DNA from: Macrostomum lignano
Taxonomy: Eukaryota
Direction of reading: 5' to 3'
Length of the DNA: 64,000 nucleotides
Assembly: GCA_002269645.1 (NCBI GenBank)
Contig: NIVC01002087.1
Location: 62,001-126,000, forward strand
Below are positions 33,701 through 48,700 of this stretch, in pieces. How positions within the stretch are numbered: the stretch's first letter is position 1; each line of letters opens with the position of its first letter. The notes below the pieces were generated by a model, which saw nothing but the letters and a program-made list of their open reading frames with translations, had not been told where the DNA came from and made no database searches. Made by a program: the position numbers and the translations under genes.

Positions 33701-36700
33701 CCAGTGTCTAGAGTCCAGTGTCTAGAGTCCAGTGTCTAGAGTCCAGTGTCTAGAGTCCAGTGTCTAGAGTCCAGTGTCTAAAGTCCAGTGTCTAGAGTCC
33801 AGTGTCTAGAGTCCAGTGTCTAGAGTCCAGTGTCTAGAGTCCAGTGTCTAGAGTCCAGTGTCTAGAGTCCAGTGTCTAGAGTCCAGTGTCTAGAGTCCAG
33901 TGTCTAGAGTCCAGTGTCTAGAGTCCAGTGTCTAGAGTCCAGTGTCTAGAGTCCAGTGTCTAGAGTCCAGTGTCTAGAGTCCAGTGTCTAGAGTCCAGTG
34001 TCTAGAGTCCAGTGTCTAGAGTCCAGTGTCTAGGGTCCAGTGTCTAGGGTCCAGTGTCTAGTGTCCAGTGTCTAGAGTCCAGTATTCACTGTCACAGATT
34101 CCAGCACCTTGAACCCCATTGTCCGCAGCCTCACCAGCAGGTTCACTAGCAGAATGGGCATCAGAGTGATAAACACAGCCAGCATAGACAGTGTAACCAC
34201 CGGATGATGTAGCGTCCGCTTATCTTCGTCAAATATCTTAGATACAAACGTGCTCAAGTAGTCGTACTCGCCAAGCATCATGAGGGCGGTCTTCAGGAAT
34301 GCTAGACTCGGTCTGCTCCAAGCGTCCAAGGCTGTGTCTTGGTGCAGCGCTTCACTCTCGCTGTAGTAAGCTGAGTAGCTTGCAGCAGCTCGAGACCTGG
34401 CTTTGGCGAACAGTGAGTCAGCTGTGAGCTGCGAGCGATCAACTTCATCGCTACTGAAATTGCCACCGCTCAGAGTGACGTTGCCGACTTGCTGCTCAAA
34501 GAGGCTTTGCTCAGTTGATGTCTACGTTGATTGTTAAAATATATTTGATTGGTTATCGTCTTAGATAATCTCAGTCATCTTATCATGCTTTGCTTACCAT
34601 ACAGCCAAGCACCAGATTCCGCAGAGATGAGGGCTCCTGAAAATTAGAAAAGCACTCATGGCTACTAACGGAATACCAGTAGTTGCCATGGAAACTGATA
34701 TTGAGGCAGAGAAACAGCGGTTTTTGGACGAGTTCGCCGAAGACGTAAATCCAGGGTGGACACAGGCCTCCTGCGAATATTTATATTTCTCAATACTTGC
34801 AGACTCACAGTTAAACTGACGTCTTTCAACGCAGGCATGGGCTCATACTGCAGCAGCATGTGAAAGGACAGTCCAAATCCAATCACCAGAATGGAGAACA
34901 GCATTAGCACCCTGATGAGGGTCTGCAGAATCTCCGTGAACATGATTACGTATAGGCCGAACATTTCGTAGCTAAGGGTTTGGGGGTTGAAATCGGATTA
35001 TTTTCTGTTGAAAGACTTTGTCATGCTAGAATGCATTACATTCTAGGAGCTAGGAATACGAGCGTATGTACACTCTGACATTCATTCATGACCTTTTGTA
35101 TTAAGACACTTCTATAGTAAGATCTTATGACTATTTGGGGTAGCCATGGGTAGCTCAAGATGACCCTCTGTAAAATGACCTGTAGGATGACCTTCTGTAG
35201 GATGACCTTCGGTAGGATGATCTTCCCTTCTGTAGGATTACCTTCTGTAGGATGACCTTCGGTAGGATGACCCTCTGTAAGATGACCTTCGGTAGGATGA
35301 CCTTCTGTAGGATAACCTTCTGTAGGATGACCTTCTGTAGGATGACCTTCTGTAGGATGACCTTCTGTAGGATAACCTTCTGTAGGATGACCTTCTGTAG
35401 GGTGACCTTCTGTAGGATGACCCTCTGTAAAATGACCTGTAGGATGACCTTCTGTAGGATGACCTTCGGTAGGATGATCTTCCCTTCTGTAGGATTACCT
35501 TCTGTAGGATGACCTTCGGTAGGATGACCCTCTGTAAGATGACCTTCGGTAGGATGACCTTCTGTAGGATGACCTTCTATAGGATACCCTCTGTAGGATA
35601 CCCTCTGTAGGATAACCTTCTGTAGGATGACCTTCTGTAGGATGACCTTCTGTAGGATGACCTTCTATAGGATACCCTCTGTAGGATACCCTCTGTAGGA
35701 GTACCTTCTGTAGGAGTACCTTCTGTAGAATGATCTACTGTAGGATGACCTTCTGTAGGATGACCTTCTGTAGGATGACCTTCTGTAGGATGACCTTCTG
35801 TAGGATGTCCTTCTGTAGGATGACCTTCTGTAGGATGACCTTCTGTTGGATGACCTTCTATAGGATACCCTCTGTTGAATGACCTTCTATAGGATACCCT
35901 CTGTAGGATGACCTTCTGTAGGATACCCTCTGTAGGATGACCTTCTATAGGATACCCTCTGTGGGATGACCTTCTGTAGGATACCCTCTGTAGGATGACC
36001 TTCTGTAGGAGTACCTTCTGTAGAATGATCTACTGTAGGATGACCTTCTGTAGGATGACCTTCTGTAGGATGACCTTCTGTAGGATGACCTTGAGTAGGA
36101 TGACCTTCCCTTCTGTAGGATGACCTTCTGTAAGATGACCTTCTATAGGATACCCTCTGTAGGATACCCTCTGTAGGATGACCTTCTATAGGATTACCCT
36201 CTGTAGGATTACCTTCTGTAGGATTACCTTCTGTAGGAAGACTTTTACTCAAAAATAGTTTTCTAGAAACTTTAAAGGTAACGTGGGAATGCGAGAAGGA
36301 TCTTTTTAGGGAGCCTCGCGCTTTGAGGACATGGGCTTACCGTTGAAAGAACAGAAGGAAGTTAAACCAGGCGAGGAACACTGCAACAGATCCAGCAGCC
36401 TGTTGGTAAAGCTGGCCTTCTCCTGTCAGGTGCGATAGAGCGTAGACTAAGGTTACGCAATAGAGAGCATTTTCCAAATAGTTCACTGCATCGGTCAGGT
36501 AACGTAGGCGCTGAAATGCATATCAGGTGTTTCTTGTGGCTAACAGGGAGGAGGGGGTGATTCTGCCTTTGTCTATTTATGATTCAATCTAATAAATGGT
36601 GATTCCAGGTAGTGGGTGGTGATTTTAATCAGCAGGCGATGATTTTAGCTAAAAAGTGATGATTCTAATCAACAGGTGATGATTCTAATAAACAGGTAAT

Positions 36701-39700
36701 GATTTTAATCAACAGGTAATGATTCTAAATAACAGGTAATGATTCTTATCAACAGGTGATGATTCTTATCAACAGGTAATGATTTTAATCAACAGGTAAT
36801 GATTCTAATAAACAGGTAATGATTCTTATCAACAGGTGATGATTCTAATCAACAGGTAATGATTTTAATCAACAGGTAATGATTCTAATAAACAGGTAAT
36901 GATTCTTATCAACAGGTGATGATTTTAATCAACAGGTAATGATTCTAATAAACTGGTAATGATTTTAATCAACAGGTAATGATTCTAATAAACTGGTAAT
37001 GATTCTAATAAACTGGTAATGATTCTAATAAACTGGTAATGATTCTAATAAACTGGTAATGATTCTAATAAACTGGTAATGATTCTAATAAACTGGTAAT
37101 GATTCTAATAAACTGGTAATGATTCTAATAAACTGGTAATGATTCTAATAAACTGGTAATGATTCTAATAAACTGGTAATGATTCTTATCAACAGGTAGT
37201 GATTCTAATCAACAGGTGATGATTTTAATCAACAGGTAATGATTCTAATAAACTGGTAATGATTTTAATCAACAGGTAATGATTCTAATAAACTGGTAAT
37301 GATTCTAATAAACTGGTAATGATTCTAATAAACTGGTAATGATTCTAATAAACTGGTAATGATTCTAATAAACTGGTAATGATTCTAATAAACTGGTAAT
37401 GATTCTAATAAACTGGTAATGATTCTAATAAACTGGTAATGATTCTAATAAACTGGTAATGATTCTAATAAACTGGTAATGATTCTTATCAACAGGTAGT
37501 GATTCTAATCAACAGGTGATGGTTCTATTCAGCAGGTGATGGTTCTAAGGAACAGGTGATGATACTAACCAACAGGTGATAATTCTAATCAACAGGTGAT
37601 AATTCTAATCAGCAGGTGATAATTCTAATCAGCAGGTGATGATTCTAATCAGCAGGTGATGATTCTAATCAACAGGTGATAATTCTAATCAGCAGGTGAT
37701 GATTCTAATCAGCAGGTGATGATTCTAATCAGCAGGTGATGATTCTAATCAGCAGGTGATAATTCAAATCAGCTGGTTATGATTCTACCCAACAGGGGGT
37801 AATTCAAATTAACAGGTGATGACTCTAATCAAAGGGTGATAATTCTAGATATCTAGCGGAGATAAAACATTCCTCAAAGACGCTGACCCAGTAACACATA
37901 CCTGATGGTACAGCTGCATCAGCTCCTTGATCCAGTTGACAATGCAAAATACAACGATAAAAATTGGTGGAACTAGACGCTCCCAGGTTGGCTCCTACAA
38001 AAGCATCAATAAAGCGTGTTGAAAAATCTAATTTATCGTTTCTTTGAGCACGATAATTCTAAAATTCAAACTCACCACGGCCATTGAGCACTGGTTCTTA
38101 GCCGGCACATCAGTATGCTGAGGCTGTTTGCGGATGGCCAGCCAGGAGAGCATGGCTAAGAACACGGTGTAAACCAACAGGCTGAAGTTGTGAATCCAGC
38201 AGCCATACTGACGCCTGTAAGACCGTAAATCGATTGTAGCCGAACAATAAATGGTGTAGAATGGTGTGAAATCTGTCTAAACACTACTATGTAGCAAGAG
38301 AGAATATTTTTATAATGGAATTTCTCAAGCAAGGCCTTCTGTAGGAAGACCTTCTGTAGGAAGACCATCTATAGGAAGACCTTCTGTAGGATGACCTTCT
38401 GTAGGATGACCTTCTGTAGGATGACCTTCTGTAGGAAGACCTTCTGTAGGATGACCTTCTGTAGGATGACCTTCTGTAGGATGACCTTCTGTAGGATGAC
38501 CTTCTGTAGGATGACCTTCTGTAGGATGACCTTCTGTAGGATGACCTTCTGTAGGATGACCTTCTGTAAGATGACCTTCGGTAGGATGACCCTCTGTAAG
38601 ATGACCTTCTGTAGGATGACCCTCTGTAAGATGACCTTCTGTAGGATGACCTTCTGTAGGATGACCTTCTGTAGGATGACCTTCTGTAGGATGACCTTCT
38701 GTAGGATGACCTTCTGTAGGATGACCTTCTGTAGGATGACCTTCTGTAGGATGACCTTCTGTAGGATGACCTTCTGTAGGAAGACCTTCTGTAGGATGAC
38801 CTTCTGTAGGATGACCTTCTGTAGGATGACCTTCTGTAGGATGACCTTCTGTAGGATGACCTTCTGTAGGATGACCTTCTGTAGGATGACCTTCTGTAGG
38901 ATGACCTTCTGTAAGATGACCTTCGGTAGGATGACCCTCTGTAAGATGACCTTCTGTAGGATGACCCTCTGTAAGATGACCTTCTGTAGGATGACCTTCC
39001 GTGGGATGACCTTCTGTAGGATGACCTTCTGTAGGATGACCTTCTGTAGGATGACCTTCTGTAGGATGACCTTCTGTAGGATGACCTTCTGTAGGATGAC
39101 CTTCTGTAGGATGACCTTCTGTAAGATGACCTTCTGTAGGATGACCCTCTGTAAGATGACCTTCTGTAGGATGACCTTCTGTAGGATGACCTTCTGTAGG
39201 ATGACCTTCTGTAGGATGACCTTCTGTAGGATGACCTTCTGTAAGAAGACCATCTATAGGAAGACCTTCTGTAGGATGACCTTCTGTAGGATGACCTTCT
39301 GTAGGATGACCTTCTGTAGGATGACCTTCTGTAGGATGACCTTCTGTAGGAAGACCATCTATAGGAAGACCATCTATAGGAAGACCTTCTGTAGGATGAC
39401 CTTCTGTAGGATGACCTTCTGTAGGAAGACCATCTATAGGAAGACCTTCTGTAGGATGACCTTCTGTAGGAAGACCATCTATAGGAAGACCATCTATAGG
39501 AAGACCTTCTGTAGGATGACCTTCTGTAGGATGACCCTCTGTAAGATGACCTTCTGTAGGATGACCCTCTGTAAGATGACCTTCTGTAGGATGACCTTCC
39601 GTGGGATGACCTTCTGTAGGATGACCTTCTGTAGGATGACCTTCTGTTGGATGACCTTCTATAGGATACCCTCTGTTGGATGACCTTCTGTAGGATGACC

Positions 39701-42700
39701 TTCTGTAGGATGACCTTCTGTAAGATGACCTTCTGTAGGATGACCCTCTGTAAGATGACCTTCTGTAGGATGACCTTCCGTGGGATGACCTTCTGTAGGA
39801 TGACCTTCTGTAGGATGACCTTCTGTAGGATGACCTTCTGTAGGATGACCTTCTGTAGGATGACCTTCTGTAGGATGACCTTCTGTAGGATGACCTTCTG
39901 TAGGATGACCTTCTGTAGGATGACCTTCTGTAGGATGACCTTCTGTAGGATGACCTTCTGTAGGATGACCTTCTGTAGGATGACCCTCTGTAGGATGACC
40001 TTCTGTAGGATGACCCTCTGTAAGATGACCTTCTGTAGGATGACCTTCCGTGGGATGACCTTCCGTGGGATGACCTTCCGTAGGATGTCCTTCTGTAGGA
40101 TGACCTTCCGTGGGATGACCTTCCGTGGGATGACCTTCTGTAGGATGTCCTTCTGTAGGATGACCTTCTGTAGGATGACCCTCTGTAAGATGACCTTCGG
40201 TAGGATGACCCTCTGTAAGATGACCTTCTGTAGGATGACCCTCTGTAAGATGACCTTCTGTAGGATGACCTTCCGTGGGATGACCTTCCGTGGGATGACC
40301 TTCTGTAGGATGTCCTTCTGTAGGATGACCTTCCGTGGGATGACCTTCCGTGGGATGACCTTCTGTAGGATGTCCTTCTGTAGGATGACCTTCTGTAGGA
40401 TGACCTTCTGTAGGATACCCTCTGTAGGATGACCTTCTGTAAGATGACCTTCTGTAGGATGACCTTCTGTAGGATGACCTTCTGTAAGATGACCTTCTGT
40501 AAGATGACCTTCTGTAGGATGACCTTCTGTAGGATGACCTTCTGTAGGATGACCTTCTGTAGGATGACCTTCTGTAAGATGACCTTCTGTAGAATGACCT
40601 TCTGTAAGATTACCTTCTATAAGATGACCTTAGTAAGATGACCTTTTGTAACATGACCTTCTGTCGTAATACCTTCTGACCTTCTGACCTTATAAAATTA
40701 AATGAAGACACCATAGAGGTAGACATAATGAAGGAAGAAATTTTAGCGGAAGACGTTCTGTGGGAATACCTTCGTAGGTGGAAATATTTTAAGAGGGACT
40801 TTATTTTGCAGGAAACCTACAGAAGTTGTAATTGGGAAAAATATGCTGGTTAAAGTTTCACTATGCACGAGCTGGGGAAAAGTGTTTCCGCGGAAGACAC
40901 CAACCGTAGGAAAACACAGAAAATGTACGTAGAATAATGAGAAATAAAAGTATATCATGGTTTTGAAATTTTGAAATTATGGTACCATAAAGTAAAAAAT
41001 CGTAAAGGTTAAGAAATTAACAACGGATTCATTCTGAAAGAAAATTGCCTTAATTGTACTTTTTAATGAATCTAACAACTGAAAAATCTATATTATCGTC
41101 ACGCCCTTACCACTTCATCTGTAGGTAATTCTCCACAACAGGATGAATCAACAGGTTCGTTCGTTGTAGCTTCACCATCAGCTGAAGTTGAAATGCGTGT
41201 TTTATAGTATCTTATACTTTTTAATGAAGTTCGAACCCAAAACCTGATTGAAATGATGAAGCAACGGGTTTCTGTGTTGGTAAAACAAAGATTTTACCTG
41301 CACGGACGGTAAATAGTCGTAATTACGACCGGTTCTCTGTTCGATGTCCGCTATTTGAGTTGGATCTGCTTGTAGCATTGAGAAATCGTAGACTTTCTGA
41401 AATTAAAGAAAATCAATAAATCAATAAAACGCCTTAGACCGTTAGAAGAAAGTCAGCTATTCAATAATTATAATATATTAATAATTGATTACGCCTGCCT
41501 TAATGACCAGATGTGCAACCGACAGCTCAGCCGCAGCTATTGCGCGGCCCATTTGAAGTCAAGAATCGAACCCCCGACCTTTCAGTCGCGAATCCGACGC
41601 TCTAACCTCAAGGCTACAACCCCCCTAGTTATTCATCAATTTACGTGCATTAATCTGCGCTCACCTTTCCGGCAGACTCCGTGATGCAGCGGTCCAGCAG
41701 AGGCTGTTTTTATAGAGGAAACAATTTACAAATTCTGTGTTACATGACTTGTACAAGTGACATGCAAAAACAGATCAGTTTCTTGTACTTTGCAGCGCTG
41801 CGGAGTAAATGTATTGATTTTTTGGTACATCAATATCTCAGCTTGCATCCCTGCTAAATTTCATTGGAAGGTCATGTACAAAAATGCCGTAAATGAAAGA
41901 TGAACTTTTCCGTTTTCCAATGACTCAGTAAAAGAACTACCTCAGTACACTCGGGCATGCGCCTGATGGTCTCAAACACGGGCCACTTGGTGCTGTATTG
42001 GCAGTGCATTATCTCCTTCCATCGGCTGTGGGCAATGCAGGCTTTCACAACAGACTCCTGGCCTTTGGCGATGGCGCAATTAATGAAGCTGTCGCCTCGT
42101 ATGTCTGACTGGAGCTTGGCGTTCTCGCTCAACAGGTAGAGCAAGGCGTCGATCTGACCCTGCTCGGCTGCGTAGTGCAGTGGCGTTTTCTGGATTTGAG
42201 CATGAAATTCAACAGGGTTTCATTAGTTCGAAACGCTTCGAAAGCTTCTATACAATCAGGATAAATTTAACTAAGTAAACAGAGTAAAATGAGAATTTAG
42301 AATTTTTACTTCAGTTTATATGGGTTTGCATTAAAAAAAAAACGACCCGACCTTGATTGAAACGAGTCCACAATAAAAGGACAATCCCCCCAATAGCGTG
42401 GTGCTCTGATGTACCAGCATTCCAGGCTCGATTCAAAGTGCAGTCACATTAATTTGTGGCTAAACTGGAATCTCGACTTGTCTCTGCTCGTGCCATTAAC
42501 GCCCTTGAAGGCCAACCCCCCAAGGCACAGTGAAGTGTACATGCCTAAAGATAAATATAGTTAGGGCCGCTGAAAACTCCTGTGTGAGTGTGTGCCTGCG
42601 CGCATGACTGCGTACGTATCCGCGCGATTTTGTGCCTGCTCAGGGGAGTCGGCGGAATGGGCAGTTGTGTGACAATGTCGCTTAAAGTGCACCAATGTGC

Positions 42701-45700
42701 ACACAGCCCCTTGACTATAACATAAAACAATAAATAACAGGAGGCCATTAATTCTACGGTAAGAGTGATACTCTATTATGACGTCATTCTAGCCTGGGCA
42801 GCCCCTCCGAAGACTTCAACTCAAGACTTGACAAAGTGCTTCAATAGTACATGTAGACTGCGAGACTCACCCCGCATTTGGTGCACGCGTCGATGCCTGA
42901 CCTGTTGACACTGACCAACAGTTTGAGTATGTCGGCGTGACCAAACTCGGCAGCCACGTGAACGGGCGTTTTGCCGCAGAAGCCTCTGCAATTTCAGACA
43001 GACTACAATTTGAATACCTCGATTCAAAATACACTACGGAGACAGGAGATTTTCATTTTTCAGCACAAAAATTGTTATTGATTTCGATCGGAGGCGGACC
43101 CAATGTTCATCTTTGATATGCTGTGCTTTTCTTTATACGACGTAGCTTTATTGATATTTATAAAGCTTTTCGTTCAGAAAATTAGGATTCAATGTTAATT
43201 TTCATTCTACCTACATTTGCACATATCTATCCTGTGCCTAAAAAACATTAAAATGACACGGCTCAGCTCATTGGTTTTATGAATCTGTTTTGTCATTCTT
43301 AGCTGACTGCAGTGTAACAATGTGGGTAACAGAGATGACAAAATGGACTCATAAAACCAAATGAGTCGAGCTGAGCCATGCGTTTTTTCTTTAGTTACAG
43401 GGAACATTGAATCTTAATTTTAATAAGCGCTAAGTTTCATAAGCGCGAAACTTCACAACCGCGAAACTTCACAAACGCGAAACTTCACAACCGCTAAATG
43501 TAATCTACTTTCACAACCGCGAAACTTCATAACCGCTAAATGTAATCTACTTTCACAACCGCGAAACTTCATAACCGCTAAATGTAATCTACTTTCACAA
43601 CTGCGAAACTTCATAACCGCTAAATGTAATCTACTTTCACAACCGCGAAACTTCATAACCGCGAAACTTCACAACCGCTAAAATTTTTGCACTTACTTTC
43701 ATATACAACAGTCCTTTTAGCGGTTGTGAAGTTTCGCGGTTGTGAAAGTAGGTGATTTAGCGGTTGTGAAGTTTCGCGGTTGTGAAAGCAACCCGTGCCA
43801 CAGCATATCAAATGACAAACACTGGGTCTGCCTCCTATCAAAAGCATTAACCATTTTTGTGCTGAAAGAATGAAAACTTTCTATCTCCGTAGTGTATTTT
43901 TCGGCGAAAACCAGTCTCATAAACATTTCTAAGAAACATATAGTTCCCGTCCTTCTACTTGAGTGGGCCTTGGCAACTAGTTGGGCAATTTACGCTTTTT
44001 TAGGTATTTGAGGTGTGTGTGAGAAACTCAGGGCCGCTGCGCACCCTGCTATTGATCCTGCTATAGAATCAGTGAAATAACATCGTTTATCGCCATGAAT
44101 TAACTAACACACACACACACACCTGTTGAACTGAGATCCCTTGCTAAGCAGGTAGGACACAATCCGATGATGTCCAAACATGCAGGCGATGTGCAGAGCC
44201 GAATAGCCAACGACGTCTTTGTGGTTCATCTCCGAAGGATGCAGCTCGATGATGTTTCGACAGGTCTTGAGACGGCCGTATCTGGCGGCGTAGTGAATTG
44301 GCGCCTGTTTCTCATTGTTAGACACGTTGCAGATGGCGCCTGCGGCCAGGAACAGCTGCAGGAAGCGCAGATCGCCCTTCTTAGCTGCATAGTGCAATGG
44401 TGTGCTGCCGCTCTGGTCTCGCTTGTTAATGAGAACTGAAATTTCCTGGCCCTGGCGATTAGGAATGCTCGGAAATTTATCATTGAGCAGTGCAAGGGTT
44501 TGAAACAGCAATGCATAAAAATGCTGGAAAAGTTGCAAGGATATAAATTGTTGAAAGGTACAAAGACGCTGACGGTAAGGTTTCAGGGATCCAAAGGGTA
44601 GAGTTGTAGGAACCAAAGGGTATGGTTGCAGGGACCCAAAGGGTAGGGTTGCAGAGACCCAAAAGGTAGGGTCGCGGGGATCCATAGGGTAGGGTTGCAG
44701 GGACCCAAAGAGTAGGGTTGCAGGGGAACAAAAAAAGGTAGGGTTGCGGGGATCTATAAGGTAGGGTTGCAGGGACCCAAAGAGTAGGGTTGCAGGGATC
44801 CAAAGGGTAGGGTTGCAGGGACCCAAAGGGTAGGGTTGCAGGGACCCAAAGGGTAGGGTTGCAGGGACCCAAAGGGTAGGGTTGCAGAGACCCAAAAGGT
44901 AGGGTCGCGGGGATCTATAGGGTAGGGTTGCAGGGACCCAAAGAGTAGGGTTGCAGAGGGAACAAAAAAAGGTAGGGTTGCGGGGATCTATAAGGTAGGG
45001 TTGCAGGGACCCAAAGAGTAGGGTTGCAGGGATCCAAAGGGTAGGGTTGCAGGGACCCAAAGGGTAGGGTTGCAGGGACCCAAAGGGTAGGGTTGCAGGG
45101 ACCCAAAGGGTAGGGTTGCAGGGACCCAAAGGGTAGGGTTGCAGGGACCCAAAGGGTAGGGTTGCAGGGACCCAAAGGGTAGGGTTGCAGGGACCCAAAG
45201 GGTAGGGTTGCAGGGACCCAAAGGGTAGGGTAGCAGGGACCCAAAGGGTAGGGTTGCAGGGATCCAAGAAGTAGGGTTTTCAATCTGGTTTTCAATAGAG
45301 ATCGAAGAATCTCCAACGGTTTCTTTAAGTCACCGGTGAGTGTCTGCATTCAGAGAAACCATTAAATGCATTAGTTTAGTAAAAGTGGCATCCAGTTGTT
45401 AAACACCTTGTTCTTGTGCAGATAGTCCAAGCACCCGGAACCACCACAGAGCACAATCAGATGCAGAATGTTCCTCTTTTGTTCGTCTTCAACTTGCACG
45501 CAGCTGCCAGCCTGCAGTAGCGCCTTCAGAGCTGACAAAGAGTTCTTCTGAGCGGCTATCAGTAGCGGAGTGAAGCGCTGGTAGTCGATCGTCTCCTTGT
45601 TGGCGCCCTGCGGTTAAGAACAGCTTCATCAAATCATGACAGGTAGCTGTGGGACTCCAATGGGATACTGTGTCGGCTACTATTCTGATAATTGAGAAGT

Positions 45701-48700
45701 GCCTGTTCAACGGTTGTCTGTTTATGAGAATGTTTTTGGTAACTGTCTTTTGTTATGGAGTGTTGTTGGTAACTGTCTATTTGCAATGGAGTGTTGTTGG
45801 TAACTGTCTATTTGCAATGGAGTGTTGTTGGTAACTGTCTATTTGCAATGGAGTGTTGTTGGTAACTGTCTATTTGCAATGGAGTGTTGTTGGTAACTGT
45901 CTATTTGCAGTGGGTGTTGTTGGTAACTGTCTAATTGCAATGGAGTGTTGTTGGTAACTGTCTATTTGCAGTGGGTGTTGTTGGTAACTGTCTATTTGCA
46001 GTGGGTGTTGTTGGTAACTGTCTATTTGCAGTGGGTGTTGTTGGTAACTGTTTATTTGCAGTGGAGTGTTGTTGGTAACTGTCTAATTGCAATGGAGTGT
46101 TGTTGGTAACTGTCTATTTGCAATGGAGTGTTGTTGGTAACTGTCTATTTGCAATGGAGTGTTGTTGGTAACTGTCTATTTGCAATGGAGTGTTGTTGGT
46201 AACTGTCTATTTGCAATGGAGTGTTGTTGGTAACTGTCTATTTGCAATGGGTGTTGTTGGTAACTGTCTAATTGCAATGGGGTGTTGTTGGTAACTGTCT
46301 ATTTGCAATGGAGTGTTTTTGGTAACTGTCTATTTGCAATGGAGTGTTGTTGGTAACTGTCTAATTGCAATGGAGTGTTGTTGGTAACTGTCTATTTGCA
46401 GTGGGTGTTGTTGGTAACTGTCTATTTGCAGTGGAGTGTTGCTGGTAACTGTCTATTTGCAGTGGGTGTTGTTGGTAACTGTCTAATTGCAATGGAGTGT
46501 TGTTGGTAACTGTCTATTTGCAGTGGGTGTTGTTGGTAACTGTCTATTTGCAGTGGGTGTTGTTGGTAACTGTCTATTTGCAGTGGGTGTTGTTGGTAAC
46601 TGTTTATTTGCAGTGGAGTGTTGTTGGTAACTGTCTAATTGCAATGGAGTGTTGTTGGTAACTGTCTATTTGCAGTGGGTGTTGTTGGTAACTGTCTAAT
46701 TGCAATGGAGTGTTGTTGGTAACTGTCTATTTGCAGTGGGTGTTGTTGGTAACTGTCTATTTGCAGTGGGTGTTGTTGGTAACTGTCTATTTGCAGTGGG
46801 TGTTGTTGGTAACTGTCTATTTGCAGTGGGTGTTGTTGGTAACTGTCTATTTGCAGTGGGTGTTGTTGGTAACTGTTTATTTGCAGTGGAGTGTTGTTGG
46901 TAACTGTCTAATTGCAATGGAGTGTTGTTGGTAACTGTCTATTTGCAATGGAGTGTTGTTGGTAACTGTCTATTTGCAGTGGGTGTTGTTGGTAACTGTC
47001 TATTTGCAATGGAGTGTTGTTGGTAACTGTCTATTTGCAGTGGGTGTTGTTGGTAACTGTCTATTTGCAATGGAGTGTTGTTGGTAACTGTCTATTTGCA
47101 GCGGGTGTTGTTGGTAACTGTCTATTTGCAGTGGGTGTTGTTGGTAACTGTCTAATTGCAATGGAGTGTTGTTGGTAACTGTCTATTTGCAGCGGGTGTT
47201 GTTGGTAACTGTCTATTTGCAATGGAGTGTTGTTGGTAACTGTCTATTTGCAGTGGGTGTTGTTGGTAACTGTCTATTTGCAATGGAGTGTTGTTGGTAA
47301 CTGTCTATTTGCAGCGGGTGTTGTTGGTAACTGTCTATTTGCAATGGAGTGTTGTTGGTAACTGTCTATTTGTATTTTTACTGGTGACTCTGGCTCATGA
47401 CTCTTCACGCCAGAATGTAATATACAAGTCGCACCTTCTGAATAAGCCAGGTGACCAGCTTGGCATGGTCAAACATGGCGGCCTTGTGCAACGGTGTATG
47501 CCCGTTCTTGTCCGCGGCGGCCAGCACTGTGACCACCCTGGTCTCTGTTTGATCGCGCAGCATAGTTTCCAGCAGTCCCAGCTCGCCTTTGGTGCACGCA
47601 AAGTGCACGGGAGTTGAGCCGTCCTCCTGTTTATAGTCTATGTCGGCCCCTAAGCTGAGGCACAGCTCCAGCATGCGAGCATCGCCTGAGCAGGTTTGAG
47701 TTACATGTAGGTAGCACTTAGTGCGGTCTTTTAGTAGTTGCAAGTACAAAGAACTAACACTAGGTTTAAGTCTGAAGACACTGCACACTTCACCCTGGAC
47801 CCTGAACAATGGAATAATATAGCCTCAGGACTCTGACACTGGACTCTAGACACTGGACCCTGAACAATGGAATAATATAGCCTCAGGACTCTGACACTGG
47901 ACTCTAGACACTGGACCCTGAACAATGGAATAATATAGCCTCAGGACTCTGACACTGGACTCTAGACACTGGACCCTGAACAATGGAATAATATAGCCTC
48001 AGGACTCTAGACACTGGACTCTAGACACTGGACTCTAGACACTGGACTCTAGACACTGGACTCTAGACACTGGACTCTAGACACTGGACTCTAGACACTG
48101 GACTCTAGACACTGGACTCTAGACACTGGACTCTAGACACTGGACTCTAGACACTGGACTCTAGACACTGGACTCTAGACACTGGACTCTAGACACTGGA
48201 CTCTAGACACTGGACTCTAGACACTGGACTCTAGACACTGGACTCTAGACACTGGACTCTAGACACTGGACTCTAGACACTGGACTCTAGACACTGGACT
48301 CTAGACACTGGACTCTAGACACTGGACTCTAGACACTGGACTCTAGACACTGGACTCTAGACACTGGACTCTAGACACTGGACTCTAGACACTGGACTCT
48401 AGACACTGGACTCTAGACACTGGACTCTAGACACTGGACTCTAGACACTGGACTCTAGACACTGGACTCTAGACACTGGACTCTAGACACTGGACTCTAG
48501 ACACTGGACTCTAGACACTGGACTCTAGACACTGGACTCTAGACACTGGACTCTAGACACTGGACTCTAGACACTGGACTCTAGACACTGGACTCTAGAC
48601 ACTGGACTCTAGACACTGGACTCTAGACACTGGACTCTAGACACTGGACTCTAGACACTGGACTCTAGACACTGGACTCTAGACACTGGACTCTAGACAC

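Noticed and set aside
41556-41624. Possible tRNA gene
   Set aside because: No complementary acceptor stem, and it continues into a dispersed repeat body; called a SINE head instead.
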